From NCBI GenBank assembly GCA_964454175.1, contig CAYVSA010000025.1, forward strand, positions 1-27,884: DNA of 27,884 nt, in the 5' to 3' direction. Both the position numbers and the translations under genes were made by a program. The notes beneath the pieces are model-generated. The model was not told the DNA's origin, did not search any database, and saw nothing but the letters and a program-made list of their open reading frames with translations. How positions within the stretch are numbered: position 1 is the first letter of the stretch; each line of letters opens with the position of its first letter. The stretch comes from an uncultured Pseudomonadota bacterium (GTDB lineage Bacteria > BMS3Abin14). Of this stretch, positions 21,391 through 27,884 are shown piece by piece.

Positions 21391-21463
21391 ACTGTCTCCA
21401 CTGAAACATCGGAATAATATTTTCAGTCGGTATCCAGACAACATATTATCCAGCCAACCGCTT

Positions 21464-21493
21464 AATTTACCTTTATCAATGGTATCTTGGCAA
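21464..21493 (-). promoter_or_regulatory. Possible sigma70-type promoter for the heptose kinase-kds operon
   Basis: Minus strand TTGCCA-N18-TAAATT in an AT-rich intergenic spacer. Confidence 0.25.
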
Positions 21494-21515
21494 GACCCGC
21501 AGAGATACTATCCCT

Positions 21516-22610
21516 TCAAATCAGAACTTTTTCGTAGATTTCCAGAAGCCTGTCCATCGTCCAGTCCATGGTGAACCCTTTTTCAAGGGACGCCCTGCCG
21601 CCTGCAGCAAGCCTGTGGGCCAGTTCCTGACTATCCATGATCCTTTTGATCGCACTAGCCAGTCCCTCAACATCCTGAGGTTTGACCAGGAGGCCGTTGT
21701 GACCGTCCGTGACCATGTCGCCAATCGCTCCGGCAGGAGTGGTGACCAGGGGCAGGCCGGCTGCCCAGGCCTGGGGGATCACCTGGGGTGTTCCCTCGAA
21801 GGCGTGAGACGGCAGGGCCATCAGGGTGGAACAGGCCATAATTTTGGGTACATCGTCCCTGAATCCAGCGAACGTCACGTGATTTGTCATGCCCAGATCC
21901 TCAACTATTGTCTCTATCCTCGGGCGGTCCCCACCTTCGCCGACCAGGAGGACCATTATCCCCGGAACTGATTCCCGCAGGATCGTGCAGGCTCTGACGA
22001 GATCCTCCTGACCCTTCCAACCCCTGAATGCCGCCACACACAACACGACTTTCTTACCTTCCAAACCAAGCTGCTTCATGGTTTCGTCAGTTTCACCCTG
22101 GTCCGAAAAATCGTCCATATCAACTCCGACTGTAACGCTCTTTACCCTATCCGGATTGCAGCCTGCCCTGTCGAGGAGCTGTTCCCGAATAAGTTCTCCT
22201 CGGGCGATGACCATGTCGGAAAGACTATTATACAGAAAAGTTACAGCAGGTATCCTCCTGGGGGGCACGCTATTGTGCCTCGTCCTGACAACGGGAATAC
22301 CGAGGATCTTTGCTGAAAGACCGAATGTCCAGTGATCCTGAGCACTGTGACAGTGGACGAGGTGGGGACGATATCTTGCGAGGAAACCAAGAGCATAAGC
22401 GATGACTATCGGCGACCAGAGAGCGCTCCTCATCCCCGGTACTGTTCTCAGGGGGACCTTCCATGCCCTGCACAGCTGAGCCATCCTGCTTTTCGGCTGG
22501 CACACTACAAGAACCTCGTGACCTCTTTTCAGAAGGTGCTTCGCCTCCCTGACAGTGCCGATCTCCTGGCCGCCCAACCCGCGATGGGACTCTGTGTGCA
22601 CGATCCTCAT
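21516..22610 (-). CDS. Glycosyltransferase family 4
   Basis: HTESHRGLGGQE, VHCHS, VRTRH, FRGWKG, FAGFRDDVP, EGTPQVIPQAWAAGLP. Confidence 0.9.
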   Translation of the reverse strand: MRIVHTESHRGLGGQEIGTVREAKHLLKRGHEVLVVCQPKSRMAQLCRAWKVPLRTVPGMRSALWSPIVIAYALGFLARYRPHLVHCHSAQDHWTFGLSAKILGIPVVRTRHNSVPPRRIPAVTFLYNSLSDMVIARGELIREQLLDRAGCNPDRVKSVTVGVDMDDFSDQGETDETMKQLGLEGKKVVLCVAAFRGWKGQEDLVRACTILRESVPGIMVLLVGEGGDRPRIETIVEDLGMTNHVTFAGFRDDVPKIMACSTLMALPSHAFEGTPQVIPQAWAAGLPLVTTPAGAIGDMVTDGHNGLLVKPQDVEGLASAIKRIMDSQELAHRLAAGGRASLEKGFTMDWTMDRLLEIYEKVLI

Positions 22611-24253
22611 TGACTCACCAGCCTGACGAGGTAGTAGCCATCCCTAGGCAGCCTGGCAAGTAGATCGCCCTTTCTTAAGGATGTCATAAGGTCTACTGAC
22701 ACGCCCCTGGAAAAGCTGAATGACTCTGATACCACCGCGGCTTTTTCGCCCAGTTCGTCCAGCTCCCGCTGGTCCACGACCCTGTGGGTCAGACTCTGGG
22801 TCCCTGGGCCTGGCACCAGGACCTCCCTGTTCCCGAAAAAATACAGAGTGCCTGAAAAAAGATCCCTCCGAATCCCGGAGTAACCAACCTTCGAACCGGG
22901 AGGCAGCCTGTATGTCGCTTTTGCCAATTCCGCCATCGGGCTGTTCTTGAGCGTTGCCTGGAATACAAGGGTGGCGAAAGTAAAGTTAAGTACCATGAGC
23001 GCAGACGCAGCAGCCATCAGAAAACCATGGTCCAGCCTGGCGAGCTGACTCCACATAAAAGCCGTTATCACAACCGCCAGAAGTAAGTAGAGGCCCATTT
23101 TCAGATAGACCACGGAGCTCATGTCCTGGCGCGCCGAGACCGCCAGGAACCCGCCAAGAAATATCATAAGAGCTGTCATGAACACCACAAGGCCTTTTAA
23201 GAGCCTGCTCACGAAAAAACCCGCTCTCACATTATTGAAGGCTGCAGTCAGGTAATCGGAAAGGATTATCGCCAGGAACGGCAGGGCGGGCACAAGGTAC
23301 CTTGTCCGTTTTGTATCGATGAGCAGACCGTAAAAGAGCAGCGTAGCGCCAAATCCGCACCAGGCTGTGTGGCGCGGAAACCGCCTGTTTTTTGGCAGGG
23401 CCCTGAGAAGGAGGGCCGCGGCAGCCAGCAAAGTCCACGGGTATCCCGATTCTGCCAGCCTCCTCAGATACCAGAGAATGTTCTTGAATCGAACCAGGAA
23501 AAAACCGTCCATGCGGCTCGCCATCTCGTTGCCTATCTGATGTCTGATAAAATCGGGCCAGAACATGACAGCCATGTAAATATACCACCAGCCGGTAACG
23601 GCTATCATTATAAGAAAAGCAAGAATAGCCTGCCATGGAGAAGGCCAGGCAACACCTTCCCCCTTCCAGAATGCAGCCGCAGCAGCGACCGTCAGGAATG
23701 CAAGGGCAATGGCAACGGGGCCCTTTGTAAGACCCGCGAGTCCGAAGGCGAAGGCCGAGGCGTACAGCCTCCCCTGCCCTCCGATACCACTTACAAACTC
23801 AGACAGAAAACATAATCCCGCAGTCAGGGCAGCCGCCATGGTCATGTCGGTAATGGCAACCTTTCCGTGGAAGTAAAAGAGGTAGAGGCTGGAAAGAATG
23901 TAAACCGCACCCATCGCTTCAGAGTCTCTGTCACCCGGCTGCCTGGACAGCCGCCATGTAAAAAAGAGTGCTGCAGCAGCAGAAAGGAAGGCTGGCAGAC
24001 GCGAGGCGAAGAGGCTGACCCCCATGATCTTGTAGGACAGGAGCACCAGCCAGTAAAACAGGATCGGCTTGGGAAAACGGGGGGACCCGTCAGCGTAGGC
24101 CGGCACTATGATGGATCCGCCATCGTCCATATGCATGGCCGCGATCATGTAGTACGGCTCATCTTCAGCCCACTCATGGACACTCCCCATGGTGGCCATA
24201 CTCATGAGGAGAATGAGAGTGATGAGCACTATGTGAATTCTGGACTCATGCAT
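22607..24253 (-). CDS. ArnT/PMT-like (GT-C fold) multi-TM glycosyltransferase
   Basis: DEPYY, PRFPKPILFYW, ASRLP, TDM, LTKGP, PWT, KRTRYLVPALP and many TM segments. Start moved to ATG 24253; start uncertain. Confidence 0.85.
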   Translation of the reverse strand: MHESRIHIVLITLILLMSMATMGSVHEWAEDEPYYMIAAMHMDDGGSIIVPAYADGSPRFPKPILFYWLVLLSYKIMGVSLFASRLPAFLSAAAALFFTWRLSRQPGDRDSEAMGAVYILSSLYLFYFHGKVAITDMTMAAALTAGLCFLSEFVSGIGGQGRLYASAFAFGLAGLTKGPVAIALAFLTVAAAAAFWKGEGVAWPSPWQAILAFLIMIAVTGWWYIYMAVMFWPDFIRHQIGNEMASRMDGFFLVRFKNILWYLRRLAESGYPWTLLAAAALLLRALPKNRRFPRHTAWCGFGATLLFYGLLIDTKRTRYLVPALPFLAIILSDYLTAAFNNVRAGFFVSRLLKGLVVFMTALMIFLGGFLAVSARQDMSSVVYLKMGLYLLLAVVITAFMWSQLARLDHGFLMAAASALMVLNFTFATLVFQATLKNSPMAELAKATYRLPPGSKVGYSGIRRDLFSGTLYFFGNREVLVPGPGTQSLTHRVVDQRELDELGEKAAVVSESFSFSRGVSVDLMTSLRKGDLLARLPRDGYYLVRLVSQ

Positions 24254-25508
24254 CCGCGTTAACCAGGCCAAGGAGCCTGTCCACGGAAGAAGACAGTGTG
24301 ATGCGGGGATCTGTGGAAGACTTCATTAGAGTGTCCTCCCTGAACTTTTTAACAAGTATGTGCAGTGCCCCTGCGATTGAGTTCGGATCTTCAATTTCAA
24401 CAGCCATATGCCCGGAAGACTCCAGGAGGTCTTTTAGCTCCGGGTTGCGGTAAACGAGTCCGAGTATTGGCCTGCGTGCCTGCATATACTCGTAAACCTT
24501 TGAAGGGATTGTCTCGGCAGATACATCATCGGCGTTCTGGATGAGCAGCAGTACGTGGGCCTCGGCCATTTTTTTCAGTGCCTGATCGTGATTTACTCTG
24601 CCTCTTATCTGAATCTGGCCCGCCAACGGTGCTGTTGATGATGACACAGCGGCAGAAGCATGACCGTACTGGAGAACCGATATCGACGATGCCGCCTCAT
24701 CGTCCCGCTCCCTGAGAAGCCGTATCCCCTCCATCAGAGAGTCAAGGTTTCTCGTGCCGTGGAGGGTACCGATATGAGCAATCACCAGTTCATCCCCCGC
24801 CGGAAAAAGTTCTGCATTTTTGAACGCCGGCGCTCCAGGGTAGATTACAGATGTCCGGCCCGAAAAGTCTGCCCGTCTGATTGCCCTGTTCCTGGCCCCT
24901 TCCGTAAGGTACACGGCCGCATCAGCGTCAGCTGCTACTGAGTTTTCTACCTTTTCAAAGTGGCGCTTTTCCCTTCTGCCCCTGTACGTCGTTGGGTGTA
25001 AAAGGGGGTCCTGGAACTCGGCGATCCACCTGGCTCCGCTTGCTTTTTTTACAGCTTCGGCCACGAGGTGTGCACTTGCAGGGCCACCCGTTGAGTAGAC
25101 CACATCTGGATGGAATTCATGTGCTTCTCTCACAGCAGCCTGGGAGGCGCTCAGGTACCAGGACCAGGTAGGATCAAAATGGAGGAAGATCTTTTCAACG
25201 GCATAGGCTGGAAATATTAAGAGAATCAGGAAGGATTTTAAAAGCCGGTTAAGGGGCGTCTTCCTTTTTTTCCTGAACAGGTGCCTTATTTCAAAGCGAA
25301 TACCTGTGGGTAACGGTGACAGCACACGTCTGACGAGGCCGGTATTTTCCCTGGCCGCCATGCTGCTGATCACTCTGACATCAATAGATCGCGAGATCAG
25401 CTCTCTTATCCTTACGTCGGCGTGAATGGACGCAGCCATGCCATCGACGCCGGTAAAATAGGACACGACCATCCAGCGCTGAGAGGTTGTGTTGTGCGAC
25501 CGCCCCAT
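24246..25508 (-). CDS. GT-B glycosyltransferase (GT4-like)
   Basis: PDVVYSTGGPASAHL, WIAEFQDP, HIGTLHGTRN, TIPSKVYEYMQARRPIL. Confidence 0.85.
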   Translation of the reverse strand: MGRSHNTTSQRWMVVSYFTGVDGMAASIHADVRIRELISRSIDVRVISSMAARENTGLVRRVLSPLPTGIRFEIRHLFRKKRKTPLNRLLKSFLILLIFPAYAVEKIFLHFDPTWSWYLSASQAAVREAHEFHPDVVYSTGGPASAHLVAEAVKKASGARWIAEFQDPLLHPTTYRGRREKRHFEKVENSVAADADAAVYLTEGARNRAIRRADFSGRTSVIYPGAPAFKNAELFPAGDELVIAHIGTLHGTRNLDSLMEGIRLLRERDDEAASSISVLQYGHASAAVSSSTAPLAGQIQIRGRVNHDQALKKMAEAHVLLLIQNADDVSAETIPSKVYEYMQARRPILGLVYRNPELKDLLESSGHMAVEIEDPNSIAGALHILVKKFREDTLMKSSTDPRITLSSSVDRLLGLVNADA

Positions 25509-26677
25509 CAGGGTTCTCTCACCGGATCGGGATTCGATGTATTTTGATCCCCGACCATGCGTGCCAACAGATGACCGGCACTAAGCTCCCCCTGCATAAC
25601 TGCGCCGGCAGCAGCAGCCCTCCTGCTGAAATCACCGTAGCTATTATTTATCAGGTCGACAGCGCTCAACATGGAGGCAGGCTCGGGATCATCCAACACT
25701 ACCCCGGCGTCGAATCGGCAGATCACACCCGCTATCCACGTTCCTGAAGTTGCAATAACAGGGCAGCCCATTGAGAGGGCATCCAGGGTTATACCGCTTA
25801 TCCTGTCGGCAAAATCAACCCTGTCGTAGGGCTGAAGACATATGCCCCCCGGGAAAAGTGATTCGTAGGATTCGTCTGCAAGAGTGTCCGGGTATTCTTC
25901 CAGGGCCGGATAGCCCGTTTTCCGAAGCCGGTCAAGATCCGCCATGGTCGCCGGATCAAGGCGCCTGCCATGGTCTGAGGATGTCTGGATTCTCACCGGA
26001 ATTTGTGCTCCCGACGCCGCAAGATGTTCGACCAGGTCAACGATCCTGCTAAAACCCTTATCAGGCCTGGCGGCCCCGGCATATAAGAGACCGTTAAATT
26101 CCCGGGGACCCGGTGCAGCACGTCTGTTCATTGGATAGGGTACCTGCTCAGCGTTTTTAAAACCGCACTCTATTAGCTCTGATACGACGGTCATTGTCGG
26201 GCCCATAACCTGGATCCCGGGGTGCTGATTCGCCACCTTACGGAAAAAGGCAGCCTTTTTATCCGTCAGCTTCAGCCAGTGAAAATACATGAAGACCTTT
26301 TCCGAGGGAATTTCGCCGCTGGCGGCGGCCCTGATCAGGACCAGGTCTGTTCTTCCTGCTGTTGATATGAAGATCTTTCCCGGTTTGACCAGCAGTTTTC
26401 TGAGCAGAATAAGTTCCTGCAGTCGCCTTGTTCGCCTGTAAAAGTATGGGACAATAACTGTTTCAGGACCAGCGATCGCCGATAGTCTTGCAGATCTGCC
26501 GGCCCAGATCGAAAATGACAGGCCATCGGGCCTCGGAGCCGCGCAGAGGCTTTCAATAAAACTGTAGCAGTGACCGGCTTCGGAGTTAAGGGTGGGCTCT
26601 ATGACATGCAGGCTCAGCCCCGCGGTCGTCACACCCCCGCAAAACCGTCCGGCAGAAGAAGATAATTTTCGCGCCAT
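25508..26677 (-). CDS. GT-B glycosyltransferase (GT4-like)
   Basis: N-terminal GH motif (SEAGHC), YAGAARPDKGF, QPYD, ISGITLDALSMGCPVI. Confidence 0.75.
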   Translation of the reverse strand: MARKLSSSAGRFCGGVTTAGLSLHVIEPTLNSEAGHCYSFIESLCAAPRPDGLSFSIWAGRSARLSAIAGPETVIVPYFYRRTRRLQELILLRKLLVKPGKIFISTAGRTDLVLIRAAASGEIPSEKVFMYFHWLKLTDKKAAFFRKVANQHPGIQVMGPTMTVVSELIECGFKNAEQVPYPMNRRAAPGPREFNGLLYAGAARPDKGFSRIVDLVEHLAASGAQIPVRIQTSSDHGRRLDPATMADLDRLRKTGYPALEEYPDTLADESYESLFPGGICLQPYDRVDFADRISGITLDALSMGCPVIATSGTWIAGVICRFDAGVVLDDPEPASMLSAVDLINNSYGDFSRRAAAAGAVMQGELSAGHLLARMVGDQNTSNPDPVREP

Positions 26678-27450
26678 TACCCCTTCCCTGTGTCAGGGGT
26701 GCTGCGGATATTTCTTTCCGCGAACTTGGCATATCTGTAGAAGGTTCCCTCAAAACCGCTCAGAGCAATAATGAAGCCGGGCCAGCCATCCAGTATCCCC
26801 AGTTTAAAAAAATAAGTGCGGATAAAGGCCCACGACCCGTGGATAAAGGCACTCGCCATCCCGCCCTTCCTGTCCCCATCCACCATCTTCTGCGCCCCCA
26901 GGGATGTGTAGTTCTGCATTTTATCGATGAGCTGGGAAAGATTTCGATAGGGAAACTGCCAGATGGAATTTTCCAGGTACCCGACCTTGCCAAAGACCGT
27001 GAAACCTTCGTGAACCATATCGTCGTGATACAGAACAGCTCCCTTCCTGAAGAGCTGGGGTTGTCTGAAGTCCGGGTACCAGCCGCCATGCTTTATCCAG
27101 CGGCCCATGAAAAAGTTCCTCCTGGGTACATAGTAAGCGTCAGCCGGGTCCTCCGAGGCAACGATAGATCTGATCTCCTCCGCCGCCTCCGGAGTGCACC
27201 TCTCGTCAGCATCCAGGCTGAAGATCCAGTCATGAGACACCTGGGCCAGGGCATCGTTCCGCAGCTTACCGAACCCTTCAAAATCAACCTGGACAATCCT
27301 GTCGGTATATTTGCGGCTGATCTCTACGGTCCTGTCCTCTGAAAAAGAATCAACGACCACTATCTCATCAGCCCACATCACACTGGAGATCGCCTCTTCT
27401 ATCTTTTCCTCTTCATTATAAGTCAGGATGTAAACTGAGATCCTGGGCAT
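26677..27450 (-). CDS. Glycosyltransferase family 2 (LPS core beta-1,4-glucosyltransferase-like)
   Basis: ILTYNEE, VVDSFSEDRT, SLDADE, RRNFFMGRWIKHGGWYPD, VHE, GILDGWPG. Start moved to ATG 27450 (GGAG RBS). Confidence 0.9.
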   Translation of the reverse strand: MPRISVYILTYNEEEKIEEAISSVMWADEIVVVDSFSEDRTVEISRKYTDRIVQVDFEGFGKLRNDALAQVSHDWIFSLDADERCTPEAAEEIRSIVASEDPADAYYVPRRNFFMGRWIKHGGWYPDFRQPQLFRKGAVLYHDDMVHEGFTVFGKVGYLENSIWQFPYRNLSQLIDKMQNYTSLGAQKMVDGDRKGGMASAFIHGSWAFIRTYFFKLGILDGWPGFIIALSGFEGTFYRYAKFAERNIRSTPDTGKG

Positions 27451-27488
27451 TTCCACTCTCCCTGTGCGACAGTTCGCTTTCCCGCCTG

Positions 27489-27884
27489 TCAGCTGTTCAG
27501 GTCCGGGATCGCCGGCAGCTGCAGCCTCCCCGACCTCAGGTCTGATTTCAACCTGCGTTTTCTCAGGCTGTCTGCCAGGACGTACCACCGACGCAGGCAG
27601 TACCTGGCCAGTCCGGGGACGTTGCCGTACCCATGCCGGCGAAGCACCTCATCTCTCTCCTGTCTCCAGACATCCGACATTGTGTTCGTTTTGGAAGTGG
27701 GATGGACCCTGAAACAGGCGAGGAAATCCTCGATCCTTCCGAAGGGCCCTGATCTTGCCAGCCTGAGATACATATCGTAATCGAAACAAAATGACAGCTC
27801 CCTGTCAAAGCCTCCCTCCCGGAAAAATGCCTCGCGGCGCCAGAAGGAGGCCGGCTGACAGAATCCTCCGCACTCCCAGTAAAG
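27489..27884 (-). CDS. Glycosyltransferase family 2, C-terminal part; 5' end lies beyond the window
   Basis: The frame is open from the window edge: ...FCQPASFWRREAFFREGGFDRELSFCFDYDMYLRLAR...ACFRVHPTSKT..., a typical GT2 C-terminal region. Confidence 0.85.
   Translation of the reverse strand, partial: LYWECGGFCQPASFWRREAFFREGGFDRELSFCFDYDMYLRLARSGPFGRIEDFLACFRVHPTSKTNTMSDVWRQERDEVLRRHGYGNVPGLARYCLRRWYVLADSLRKRRLKSDLRSGRLQLPAIPDLNS

Noticed and set aside
27780..27815. Suspected frameshift in the terminal GT2 gene
   Set aside because: Careful re-translation gives a continuous frame (GGFDRELSFCFDYDMYLRL). The track only starts at an internal Met because the gene is cut by the window edge.

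Overview
Housekeeping chromosomal region, about 54% GC by eye, with gene content and order typical of Deltaproteobacteria (Desulfobacterota/Myxococcota-like). Almost all genes are on the minus strand. Reading in the direction of transcription (right to left): a glycosyltransferase cluster (partial GT2, GT2, two GT-B enzymes, an ArnT/PMT-like membrane transferase, GT4), heptose kinase, kdsB-pyrG-kdsA-kdsD-kdsC, lptC-lptA-lptB, rpoN-hpf-ptsN-hprK-rapZ, a mannose-family PTS IIA-IIB-IIC-IID plus HPr (no enzyme I in the window), and metK-ahcY. lptF-lptG lie on the plus strand, converging on ahcY. At the left end, two degenerate CheW-like genes precede a RomR-like response regulator that runs off the window edge and is missing from the ORF track. 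The most interesting signals are this CheW-CheW-RomR module and the lptC-kdsC spacer, which holds an NtrC-like dyad, a consensus sigma54 promoter pointing antisense, and an inverted-repeat-bounded array of 7-bp repeats. A related heptamer hairpin lies between lptG and ahcY. No tRNA, rRNA, CRISPR array or transposase was recognised. Protein assignments come from motif recognition by eye, not database searches.
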